From: Thermoanaerobaculia bacterium
GTDB lineage: Bacteria > Acidobacteriota > Thermoanaerobaculia > UBA5066
Reading direction: 5' to 3'
NCBI GenBank assembly: GCA_038245905.1
Contig: JBBRRY010000020.1
Coordinates: forward strand, 1-64,000
Length of the DNA: 64,000 bases
Shown here: positions 40,323 through 49,275 of the stretch, piece by piece
Numbering within the stretch: position 1 is the first letter of the stretch
How the letters are laid out: each line of letters opens with the position of its first letter
The notes under the pieces: model-generated
Database searches by the model: none
The model's input: only the letters and a program-made list of their open reading frames with translations
What the model was told of the DNA's origin: nothing
Translations under genes and position numbers: made by a program

Positions 40323-41696
40323 TTATGCCGGTTGGAGGACGCCAGGCGAATCGTCTTCGGACACGGGAGGTCCGAGCACGAACGCGACGTCGCCCACGTT
40401 CGTTCCAGTAGGCCCGGGAGCGAAGGCGTCGCCGAGGGCGTGAAAGAACGGGGCCGTGTCGTTCTCCACGAGCGCGCGCGCCGAATCGAGTCCGAGCGTC
40501 TCGGCGCGCGCCATGGTGCCGCCGTCGACGAACGCTCCCGCGGCATCCGGTTCGTGGTCGATGCCGTCGGTTCCGGCGCAGAGCATCGTGATGCCCGGAA
40601 CTTCCGCGATTTCGCGCGCCGCCGAGAGCGCGACTTCGCGGTTACGTCCGCCGCGTCCAGAGCCCTTCACCGTCACGGTCGTCTCGCCTCCGAGAATCGT
40701 GACGTGGCGCCTTGGGGCGAACGTGGAACGGCGACGACGGAGATCTCCGGCGATCGCCCCGGCGAACGCGAGGCGCCGGCCGGCGGTCCGCGCCTCGCCC
40801 GAAAGGAGCTCGGGAACGACACGCGGCTCGATCCCGAGGCGCAGGGCCTCGACGCGCGCGCCGTCGAGGGCCGTGTGCACGTCCGCGAGAAGCACGCTCC
40901 AGCGCGGTCCGCCCGATCGGAGCTGGGCCGGCTCATGCCCGTAAGACAGATGGGCCCGGACGGAAGCCGGCGCGAGCGGCCCGATCCGGTAGCGCTCGAG
41001 GATGCCGCGCGCGTCGGCCGGCCGCGTCGGAGAACCGAGCGTCGGGCCGGAAGCGACGAGATGCCACCCGTCGTCTCCGAGATCCGAAAGGACGAGGGTC
41101 ACGACGTCGGCCGCGCCCGCGGCGGCGGCGAGACGCCCCCCCTTCACGCGCGACAGCGCCGCGCGCACGGCGTTCACGTCTGTGATCGGAGCCCCCGCGG
41201 CCATGAGGAGCCGCGAGGTCTTTGACTTGTCGTCGAGCGAGATCCCCGCAGCGGGCGCGCACAGGAGGCTCGATCCGCCTCCCGACAGAAGCACGACGAA
41301 GAGATCGCCTTTGCCGAGCGAGCCCGCAAGCGACAGCGCCGCGTCTCCGGCGGCGAGGCTGCTCTCGTCCGGATCGGGATGGCGCGCCCCGATCGTGCGC
41401 ACGGAGGGGGGCAGGACGCGGAACGGCGCGTCCTCGGGCGCCACGACGAGCAGGTCGTCGATGCGCGACCCGAGGTTCGCGTGCGCGGCCGCGGCCATCG
41501 GCACGGCCGCTTTCCCGACCGCGAGCACGACGACGCGCGAGGGGGCGAAGACGAACTCGCGCTGCGCGCGCGCCGACACGGAGCGGACGAAGACGCCGGC
41601 TCCCCGGCGTCCGAGGGCCTCGGCGACGAGAGCCGCCGGATCGATGGCCGCCACCGCGGCGCGATAGAGCCGCGTGAGAATATCGCGCTCGTCCAC
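40323..41696 (-). CDS. glycerate 2-kinase / MOFRL (DUF4147) family
   Basis: GKAAVPMA, HPDPD, LSGGGSSL, VKGGRL, ASGPT, GGETTV, GGRNRE, GTDGID, TGTNVGD. Confidence 0.92.
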   Translation of the reverse strand: MDERDILTRLYRAAVAAIDPAALVAEALGRRGAGVFVRSVSARAQREFVFAPSRVVVLAVGKAAVPMAAAAHANLGSRIDDLLVVAPEDAPFRVLPPSVRTIGARHPDPDESSLAAGDAALSLAGSLGKGDLFVVLLSGGGSSLLCAPAAGISLDDKSKTSRLLMAAGAPITDVNAVRAALSRVKGGRLAAAAGAADVVTLVLSDLGDDGWHLVASGPTLGSPTRPADARGILERYRIGPLAPASVRAHLSYGHEPAQLRSGGPRWSVLLADVHTALDGARVEALRLGIEPRVVPELLSGEARTAGRRLAFAGAIAGDLRRRRSTFAPRRHVTILGGETTVTVKGSGRGGRNREVALSAAREIAEVPGITMLCAGTDGIDHEPDAAGAFVDGGTMARAETLGLDSARALVENDTAPFFHALGDAFAPGPTGTNVGDVAFVLGPPVSEDDSPGVLQPA

Positions 41697-41775
41697 GAGC
41701 CCTACAGTCTAACGGAGGCCGTTCGCCGGAGTAAGATCGTGAGAAGCCGCACCCCGCGGCGCAGGGAGGTTCAAC

Positions 41776-42051
41776 ATGGCACGCTCACGGGTTGACGACA
41801 TCCTCGGGTCGATGCGCGAAGGCTTCTCGGAGGCCGGCGAAAAAGGTCAGGATCTCGCGAAGGAAGTGGCCGGACGCGTCGAAGACGTTCTCGACGATGC
41901 GGGCATACAGGGAAAGCGCATTCGCAAGGAGCTCGCCCGCCGCTGGAAGACGGTCGACCGGGCCGGACGCGACAACGCGTTCGTGATGGCGGTCGCCGCC
42001 CTCGGAATCGGCGTCGTCGTCGGATACCTGCTTTCACGCGACGACGACTGA
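41776..42051 (+). CDS. small ElaB/DUF883-like C-tail-anchored protein
   Basis: Helical charged N-terminus plus C-terminal TM; GGAGG SD. Confidence 0.65.
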   Translation: MARSRVDDILGSMREGFSEAGEKGQDLAKEVAGRVEDVLDDAGIQGKRIRKELARRWKTVDRAGRDNAFVMAVAALGIGVVVGYLLSRDDD

Positions 42052-42086
42052 GCCCGGCCTCGCCCCCGCGAATCGCGGGTCCGCGC

Positions 42087-42347
42087 TCACGCGAAATGGT
42101 CGGCGTTGATCTGCTGGTAGTGCTTCCACTTCTCGGGGATGGTCTCCTCCGTGAAAATCGCCTTCACGGGGCACGCCGGTTCGCAGTTTCCGCACTGAAT
42201 GCACGTATTGGGGTCGATGTAGAGCATCGTCGCTTCGCCGAACCCGTCTTCGTCCTTCTTCGGGTGGATGCAATCGACGGGGCAGACCTCGACGCAGGCG
42301 GTGTCCTTCGTTCCGATGCACGGCTCGGCGATGATGTACATGCCCAT
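42087..42347 (-). CDS. ferredoxin (7Fe/8Fe type)
   Basis: CIGTKDTACVEVCPVDCIH and CIQCGNCEPACP. Confidence 0.95.
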   Translation of the reverse strand: MGMYIIAEPCIGTKDTACVEVCPVDCIHPKKDEDGFGEATMLYIDPNTCIQCGNCEPACPVKAIFTEETIPEKWKHYQQINADHFA

Positions 42348-42415
42348 CGAAGTTCCCTCCCCGGCGACCGGGAAAAAGTCTAGCAGGCTCGGACCCGGGG
42401 GTTAGACTTCGGCCC

Positions 42416-43711
42416 GTGAAAACCGAAATTGCGGGGCATCCCCGGGGGCTCGCGGCCCTCTTCCTGACCGAGATGTGGGAGAGGTTCAGCTATTACGGGA
42501 TGCGGGCGATGCTCGTTCTCTATCTCGTTCAGGGTCTCGCGTGGACGCCGTCAAGGGCCTCCGTTCTGTACGGGTTCTACACGGGACTGGTCTGGCTCAC
42601 GCCGATTTTCGGGGGCTACATCGCGGACCGTTTCTGGGGAGCCCAGAAGTCCCTCCTCGTGGGCGGTCTCGTCATCGCTTCCGGCCACTTCGTTCTCGCG
42701 ATCGAGGCGATGCCGGCGTTCTACATCGGCCTCCTCCTCGTGGCGCTCGGAACGGGGCTCTTCAAGCCGAACGTGAGCGCGTGCGTCGGCGAGCTGTACG
42801 CCGAGGGCGATCCGCGGCGCGACAGCGGATTCACGATCTTCTACATGGGAATCAACCTCGGTGCGTTCATCGGGCCGATCGTCACCGGGTGGTTGCGCGT
42901 TCATTACGGATGGCCATACGGCTTCGCGGCGGCGGGCGTGGGAATGCTTCTCGCGGTCCTCACGCTCATGGCGACGCGGAAGAAGTTTCTCGGCACGGCG
43001 GGCCTCCTTCCAAGCGCGAAACGGCGAGCGGCCGAAGGCGCGCCGCCGTCCGGCCCGCTCACGAAAGACGAGTGGGAGCGCGTGACGGCGCTCTTCGTCA
43101 TCTCGTTCTTCGTCATCTTCTTCTGGGCCGCATACGAGCAGGCCGGGAACTCGATGAACGTCTTCGCCGCCCAGAGCACGCGCCTCTCGCTCGGCTCCTG
43201 GAAGCTCATCCCGGAGTGGTTTCAGTCGATCGACGCCGTGTTCGTCCTCGCCTCGGCGCCGCTCCTCGCCCTCCTGTGGCCCTGGCTCTCGAGGAGAAAC
43301 CTCGAGCCCTCGACGACGCGCAAGATGGCGATCGGCCTCGTCGTCATGGGCCTTGGTTTCATTTTTATGATCGCCGCTGCCGAGGACGTGAAAGCGGGTC
43401 ATCTCGCGAGCCCCTGGTACCTGGTCCTCGCATACGGATTCCACACGTGGGGTGAGTTGTGCCTGTCCCCGATCGGGCTCTCCCTCGTCACGAAGGTCGC
43501 GCCGGTGAAGATCGTCTCGCTCATGATGGGCGTCTGGTTCCTGTCCAACTTCGCGGGCAACGTCGTTGGCGGGTTCCTCGGCGCTCTGACCGGAACGATT
43601 CACGACCCCGTGACCTTCTGGGCCATCTTCCTTGCGTTTCCGGTCGTGGCGGGTGTCGTGCTCTTCATGATTGCCCCGAAGCTTCAGCGCCTCATGCACG
43701 GCCGCAGCTGA
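42416..43711 (+). CDS. POT/PTR proton-dependent oligopeptide transporter
   Basis: EMWERFSYYGMR, GTGLFKPN, FYMGINLG, GELCLSPIGLS. Confidence 0.95.
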   Translation: MKTEIAGHPRGLAALFLTEMWERFSYYGMRAMLVLYLVQGLAWTPSRASVLYGFYTGLVWLTPIFGGYIADRFWGAQKSLLVGGLVIASGHFVLAIEAMPAFYIGLLLVALGTGLFKPNVSACVGELYAEGDPRRDSGFTIFYMGINLGAFIGPIVTGWLRVHYGWPYGFAAAGVGMLLAVLTLMATRKKFLGTAGLLPSAKRRAAEGAPPSGPLTKDEWERVTALFVISFFVIFFWAAYEQAGNSMNVFAAQSTRLSLGSWKLIPEWFQSIDAVFVLASAPLLALLWPWLSRRNLEPSTTRKMAIGLVVMGLGFIFMIAAAEDVKAGHLASPWYLVLAYGFHTWGELCLSPIGLSLVTKVAPVKIVSLMMGVWFLSNFAGNVVGGFLGALTGTIHDPVTFWAIFLAFPVVAGVVLFMIAPKLQRLMHGRS

Positions 43712-43717
43712 GGTTCC

Positions 43718-46342
43718 GTGTTTTCCTTCTTTGCACTCCTGGTCGCGGGCGCGGCTCTCGTGATCGCCGCGTTGCTGCGAGAGCGCGTCGCGCGGCTGGA
43801 AGAGGAGGTCAGAAGGCTCTCGTCGCCGGTTGTGCAGGCGCAGGTCGAGACAGTGGATTTGAAAGCCCCGCCGATCGCATTTCCCGCGCCGCCAATCGCA
43901 TTTGCGACTGCGACGCCCGTCACTCACCCTTCTAAGCAAAGCGCCGATGCCGGTGCTCTGCCGCCGGGTATCGACTGGGAGAGCTTCGTCGGCGTCAAGC
44001 TCTTTTCATGGACCGCCGGCATCTTCCTCACGCTCGGCGCGATCTTCTTCCTGCGTTACTCCATCGAGCGCGGCTGGCTCTCGCCTCCCATTCGGATGGC
44101 CATCGGGCTCGCCGTGGGTCTCGGGGTCCTGATCCTGTGCGAGCTTCGAGCCGCGCGGCGCTATGCGGTGACGGCAAGCGCGCTCGCGGCCGCCGGGCTC
44201 GCCATTCTCTTCGCCACGTTCTACGCCGCGTACGCGCGGTGGGAGATCCTCGGCCTCTTCCCCGCGTTCGCCGCGCTCGCGCTCGTGGCGGCGCTTGCCG
44301 TCGCGCTTGCGGTTCGCCACGACTCAGCGTTCATCGCCGGGCTGGGTCTCCTGGGCGGCTTCGCGACGCCCGCGCTCCTCGCCGTGGGCGAGGACCGGCC
44401 GGGGACTTTCCTCTCGTACCTCCTTCTCCTCGACGTGGGTCTCGTGTGGGCCGCCGCGAAGAAGCGCTGGCTGTTCCTTCCGTTCGTGAGCGTTCCCGTC
44501 ACGACCCTTTACGCACTCTCCCTCGCGACGTCACCGGATGACGGCAGCCTCTGGCCGATCCTCTTCGGTTTTCTTCTCGTCCTCGACCTTGGCCTCCTGG
44601 CCTTCGCTGCGGTTCAGGACGCGCCGGCCCTCCACGTCATGGCCGGCCTCGCGACGCTCGCCGTCGTCGGCGCGTGGTTCGTGCGTTCGGCGACTCCGGA
44701 GCTTCTGGCGCCCGGCCTCGCCGCCGCCGCGGCATTCGGAATTCTCTACTTCGTCGCGCCCGCGCTCGCGGCGCGCGTGCACCCGCCGGGCGCGATTCCC
44801 GACGACGCCGCGCACCTCGGGCTCCTGGGGCCATTCCTGATCCTCTTCGTCGCCTCCCAGCGCAGCCTCTCGTCGCCTCCCGACCCGCGCGCGGCCATCG
44901 CGCTCGGACTTCTCGTCGTCGCCGCCGCCTGGGTCGCGGCACGGCGCGGACCCGCACGATTGCAGGTCGCGTCGCTCACGCTCGCATCGCTCGCACCCCT
45001 CGTGCTGTCTGTCGTGGCGACACGCGCATCCGGGCCTGTCGCCGCGCTCGGTGCGGCCGCGACCCTCGCGCTCTTCAGCGTCGGCGCCTGGGTGTGGAGG
45101 GAGGGCCGGGCGTTCGCGGCCGGGGCGGCGGTCGCGCTTTTTCTGGCCGAAGCGGTGGCGATTTCCGTGTCGTTCGCCCACGGCGCGCCGCCCCTCCGCG
45201 CTCTTCTCGCGGCGCACGTCGTGTTTCTCCTCGCGCTCCTCTCTCTCGCGGAGGGTTCGGGCGCGGGGGGGCTCGCGGTCCTCGCGGTCCTGCCCGCCGC
45301 GGCGGCCGCGTATGCTTGGGAGATCGCGCACCGGGGCGGTTCCGCCCTCTGGAAGGACGAGCTGCTTCTGGGCGGTGCGTTCTGGATCATCTTTCTCGCA
45401 TACCCGCTCGTCCTCGGGAAGCGCGCGGAGCGGGCGAAGGAGCCGTATCTCGCGGCCGTTCTCGCGAGCGCGATCTTTTTTCCGCTCTTTCGCACCGCGC
45501 TCCTCGAGGGCGGATACCGGGGCGTGATGGGTCTCCTGCCGCTCGCGCTCGCACTCGGCCTCGCGCTGCTCCTCGCGCGGCTGCTGACGCTCGGTGTTCC
45601 CGAGGGAGAGGACCGCGCACGCCTCGCGCTCGTCGCGGGAGCGGTTCTGGCGTTCGTCACGGTCGCGATCCCGCTCCAGTTCGAGAGAGAGTGGCTGACG
45701 CTCGGCTGGGCGCTTCTCGGCGCCTCCCTCTCGTGGCTCTTCGGGCGCATTCCGCACCGCGGTCTTGTCTGGTGGGCGGGGGGCCTCTTCGCGGCCGCGT
45801 TCCTGCGCCTCGCGATGAACCCGGCCGTTCTCACCTATCACCCGCGCGCCGCGGCGCCGCTCTTCAACTGGTATGTCGCGGTTTACGGCGTGGCGGCGGC
45901 CGCGTTCTTCCTTGGTGCCCGGCTCCTCCGCTCGACGGGCGACGCGAGGGCGCGGAGGCTCGCGGACCTTCTTCCGGCGGGCGGCGTTGCTTTGCTCTTC
46001 GTCCTCGTGAACCTCGAGATCGCGAATATTTTCGCGGTGGGCGCTGTGCCGGCGTTCAACGTCCTGTCATCGTCCCTCGCCGAGGGCCTCGCCTACACGC
46101 TCTCGTGGGCGGGGTTCGCGATCGTGCTCCTCGTCGTCTCGATCGCAGCCGGAAACCGCCGCGGCCGCATCGCGGCGGTCGTGCTTCTCGTCGTCACGAT
46201 CCTGAAGTGCTTCCTCTTCGACCTCGCGCGTCTCGGCGGCCTCTATCGCGTCGCGTCGTTCGTCGGCCTCGCGATCAGCCTCGCGGCGGTCGCGGTGCTC
46301 CTCCAGCGCTTCGTGCTGCCCCGGAAAGACTCGCGAACCTAG
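43718..46342 (+). CDS. DUF2339 family integral membrane protein
   Basis: DWESFVGVKLF.W, GGFATP, many TMs, KCFLFDLARLGGLYRVASF. Confidence 0.88.
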   Translation: MFSFFALLVAGAALVIAALLRERVARLEEEVRRLSSPVVQAQVETVDLKAPPIAFPAPPIAFATATPVTHPSKQSADAGALPPGIDWESFVGVKLFSWTAGIFLTLGAIFFLRYSIERGWLSPPIRMAIGLAVGLGVLILCELRAARRYAVTASALAAAGLAILFATFYAAYARWEILGLFPAFAALALVAALAVALAVRHDSAFIAGLGLLGGFATPALLAVGEDRPGTFLSYLLLLDVGLVWAAAKKRWLFLPFVSVPVTTLYALSLATSPDDGSLWPILFGFLLVLDLGLLAFAAVQDAPALHVMAGLATLAVVGAWFVRSATPELLAPGLAAAAAFGILYFVAPALAARVHPPGAIPDDAAHLGLLGPFLILFVASQRSLSSPPDPRAAIALGLLVVAAAWVAARRGPARLQVASLTLASLAPLVLSVVATRASGPVAALGAAATLALFSVGAWVWREGRAFAAGAAVALFLAEAVAISVSFAHGAPPLRALLAAHVVFLLALLSLAEGSGAGGLAVLAVLPAAAAAYAWEIAHRGGSALWKDELLLGGAFWIIFLAYPLVLGKRAERAKEPYLAAVLASAIFFPLFRTALLEGGYRGVMGLLPLALALGLALLLARLLTLGVPEGEDRARLALVAGAVLAFVTVAIPLQFEREWLTLGWALLGASLSWLFGRIPHRGLVWWAGGLFAAAFLRLAMNPAVLTYHPRAAAPLFNWYVAVYGVAAAAFFLGARLLRSTGDARARRLADLLPAGGVALLFVLVNLEIANIFAVGAVPAFNVLSSSLAEGLAYTLSWAGFAIVLLVVSIAAGNRRGRIAAVVLLVVTILKCFLFDLARLGGLYRVASFVGLAISLAAVAVLLQRFVLPRKDSRT

Positions 46343-46352
46343 TATTTCGTCT

Positions 46353-49190
46353 TCAGTTTTTCGCCGCGAGCATGGGGGGCGCGTAGAGCGGGTCGTTCGT
46401 CGCGTTGTCGATGACGCTCGCATAGGCCGCGACGAGACCGCCGGCGGGCGAGACGCGGATGACTCCCGCGCGGGGTCCGTCGCCGAGACCGCGGCCGTGG
46501 AAGAGGTCGTCGATCTGGATTCCTCCGGCGAGCGGGACGGGCGTCTCGAAGACGTCCCGGCGGACGCCCGACTCGTCGAAGACCTCGACCTTGACGCTGA
46601 CCGTTCCGGAGCCGGGAGCCGCGCTGAGGTCGACGAGCGCGAGATTGGTCCGGAAACCGGGGCCTCCCGCCGGAAGGAGAATCTCGAGAGACTCGCCGCC
46701 GCCCGCCGACTGGAAAGCGTTCAGGGCCGGAAGAAGGAGCCCGTACGTGCCGCCGGAGGGGGCGAGGGTGTACGTCCGCGACGTGACGCGCACGCCGCCG
46801 GAGTCGTCGAGCGTTCCCGTCGTCTGGAAGCGCAGGCGGGCGACGCCCGAGAGCCCGAAGGCAGTGGAAAGGACGTCGCGAATCGTCTTCGACTCGCGTG
46901 GTAGGAGCGGAAGCGTGAGGAGCCGCTCGGACGTGTTCACGCTCCACGGCTTGATCGCGAGCGTGACGGACTGCGTCCGTTCGGAGGGGTTGAAAAGAAA
47001 GAGGTCGGTCCGATACCGCGCGCCGTTCGCACCGTCGGCGTGGACCACCGCGGGAATCGAGCGTGGGACGAGCGACGGGACATCGGGCGGAAACCACGTG
47101 GGGTCGTTCGTCGCATTGTCGATCGCCATGAGGCCCGCGATGCTCTCCCCGCTCCGCGGCGTGAAGAGGAGCGAGGCCGTCCTCCAGGCCGGCGCGCCGA
47201 GCGCGGCGCCGAGATCGGACACCTGGCGCTGCCTTGACGCCGAGGTGGCGATCGTGCCCTCGAGCGGCCCGGGCGCGCTCGAGTCCGCGGCGAGACTGAG
47301 GTCGGCGCTCGCGCCGCGGCCGCTCACGTCGGTCGCGACGAGATTCGTCCGGAACCCGTCACCGAGGAGGCCCGCCGAGAAGCTGACCGCGAAGTTCGCG
47401 CCGAGCGCGGCGAAGACGTCGACGGCGCCGACGGACATCCCGTACGTGCCGCCGCCGGCTGCCGCCGTGTACGTGCGGCTCGTCGCCTCGATCGACCGCG
47501 TGCCCTCGGGCACGAGGAGGATCGCGCCTGAGCCGGTCTCGAGTCCGAAGAAGGACGCGAGAGCGTCGGAATACGTCGCGACGGACGACGCGGGGATGAG
47601 GACGCTCTGGTCCGCGGCCGCCGGGGGCGCGTCGATGTTCGGGAGGAACCGCACGACGACCGACACGGGCTCGGGATCAGGATTGCGGAGCACGAGGTCC
47701 GTCCGCCAGCGGCTTCCGTTGATTCCGTTCGAACGCGCGGCCGCCGGGATGACGAGGCGCTGGCGAAGCGAGGCGCGCACGACGCCCCACTCCTGAACGA
47801 CGTCGCCGCCGCCTCCGGAGCCGGAGGGTCCACCCGTGGGAGCACCCGTGAACCAGCCGTAGGAAGACCCGGAATTGAACAGGAACGGGGCCCCCGCGGC
47901 GGCCGCGTCGACGTCGAGATGGACGAAGCCCTTGTAGATCGTCTCCTGAAGGAAGAGCTCGTCGTACGACGCCGGGGCGGGCGCGCCTACGCTCCAGATC
48001 GCGAGCGCCGGGTCCTTGAAGATGCGCTGGTCGACCTGCGGCCGCGGGCGGTGGACCTGCACGAGGAGGCGCGTTCCGGAGGGCGCGGCGTGAAGCGCCT
48101 CGACTTCCGGCCGCGTCACGTCGCGCCACGCCTCGACGAGGCCGCCCGCGGGAGTGTGCGAAGAGAGGATCGTCGGCCCGGCTCCGCGCTGCAGGATCCA
48201 CGCGCCACCGAAGCCGGCCGTGGGGACGGCGAAGAGGTCGGTCGCGTTCGTGCTCGAGGAGGTGGCGATCTCGGCGAAGGTTCCCGTCGCGCCGCCGAAG
48301 GCCCGCACGACGGACCGGCGCGCGGTGAAGCCCAGGCCGACGACCCCGTAGCCCCAGTCGACGTTCGCGTAGGCGGATCCGTCCGGCGCGATCCAGCCGT
48401 CCGTTACGACGTCGGAGAGGAATGAGGTGACGAGGGTGCGGCGGCCGCCGGCGTCCGCGGTCCAGAGGCCGAGCCCCGGGAGCGGCGGGCCCGAAGGCTG
48501 GCCGGCGAAGAGGACGAGCGTGCCCTCGCGGTTCGTGCCGAGAAGGCGGAGGGGGCTCGGGCTCTGGGCGACGAGACGGCCAGCGCCGTCGGCCCCGATC
48601 GCCCAGATCTCGGAGCCGGAGCCCGTCCAGGCTTCGACGAAGAAGGGCGCGTCGGCAGAGCCAGGAAGAACCTGAGCTCCGCGCCCGCTCACGAGCGGCC
48701 CGCCGACGTCGATCTGGGTCCCGCTGCCGATCCCGACGCGGGGAAGCGCGGCCACTTCGGTCCACACCGTCCCGCCGTCCCGGCTGAAGAGGTTTCGGAT
48801 CGTGGCATTCGGAGGGTCGGAGACCGGGTACCCGTTCGCGTAGAGAAAGAGAGGGCCGTTTTCCGCCTCGAAGGCGGCAACGGAAAAGAACATCGCGGGC
48901 GCGCCGCGGGGCGTGACGTCGCGGGGCTCCTCGAGGCCCTGCGTGTCGTACACGACGAGCCGCGACAGCGTTTGAAAGCAGGAGAGGCAGCTCGGCCCCA
49001 GGTTCGGGTACGCGACGGACACCTGCTCGACGAGGAGCGTGTGGCGATTCGTCCTCCTCTGGACGGCGGGAGTCGCCTGCCGGCTCGTGATCGGGGCATA
49101 GGAGATGACCCGCGCCTCCGCGACGGCTCCGCATGCGAAGAGGATGAACGACGCAAGGGCCGCGGCGGGGCGAGGCTGGATCTTCGTCAC
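46353..49190 (-). CDS. secreted protein, beta-rich N-domain plus two tandem C-terminal modules
   Basis: Signal peptide ..AEA|RV; BNR-like SRDGGTVW; Gly/Ser linker; modules end IDNATNDP. Confidence 0.8.
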   Translation of the reverse strand: MTKIQPRPAAALASFILFACGAVAEARVISYAPITSRQATPAVQRRTNRHTLLVEQVSVAYPNLGPSCLSCFQTLSRLVVYDTQGLEEPRDVTPRGAPAMFFSVAAFEAENGPLFLYANGYPVSDPPNATIRNLFSRDGGTVWTEVAALPRVGIGSGTQIDVGGPLVSGRGAQVLPGSADAPFFVEAWTGSGSEIWAIGADGAGRLVAQSPSPLRLLGTNREGTLVLFAGQPSGPPLPGLGLWTADAGGRRTLVTSFLSDVVTDGWIAPDGSAYANVDWGYGVVGLGFTARRSVVRAFGGATGTFAEIATSSSTNATDLFAVPTAGFGGAWILQRGAGPTILSSHTPAGGLVEAWRDVTRPEVEALHAAPSGTRLLVQVHRPRPQVDQRIFKDPALAIWSVGAPAPASYDELFLQETIYKGFVHLDVDAAAAGAPFLFNSGSSYGWFTGAPTGGPSGSGGGGDVVQEWGVVRASLRQRLVIPAAARSNGINGSRWRTDLVLRNPDPEPVSVVVRFLPNIDAPPAAADQSVLIPASSVATYSDALASFFGLETGSGAILLVPEGTRSIEATSRTYTAAAGGGTYGMSVGAVDVFAALGANFAVSFSAGLLGDGFRTNLVATDVSGRGASADLSLAADSSAPGPLEGTIATSASRQRQVSDLGAALGAPAWRTASLLFTPRSGESIAGLMAIDNATNDPTWFPPDVPSLVPRSIPAVVHADGANGARYRTDLFLFNPSERTQSVTLAIKPWSVNTSERLLTLPLLPRESKTIRDVLSTAFGLSGVARLRFQTTGTLDDSGGVRVTSRTYTLAPSGGTYGLLLPALNAFQSAGGGESLEILLPAGGPGFRTNLALVDLSAAPGSGTVSVKVEVFDESGVRRDVFETPVPLAGGIQIDDLFHGRGLGDGPRAGVIRVSPAGGLVAAYASVIDNATNDPLYAPPMLAAKN

Positions 49191-49275
49191 CTGGCGCTCC
49201 TTCGAGAGCCGCTCCGTCCGAGAAGGCGCGGTTCACCTGGAAGTGTCGTCCCGCGAGGCGACCTTTCCCTGCCGA

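Noticed and set aside
48975-48995. CLSC in the 945-aa secreted protein as a heme-c site
   Set aside because: It is followed by Phe, not His, so it is not a CxxCH motif.
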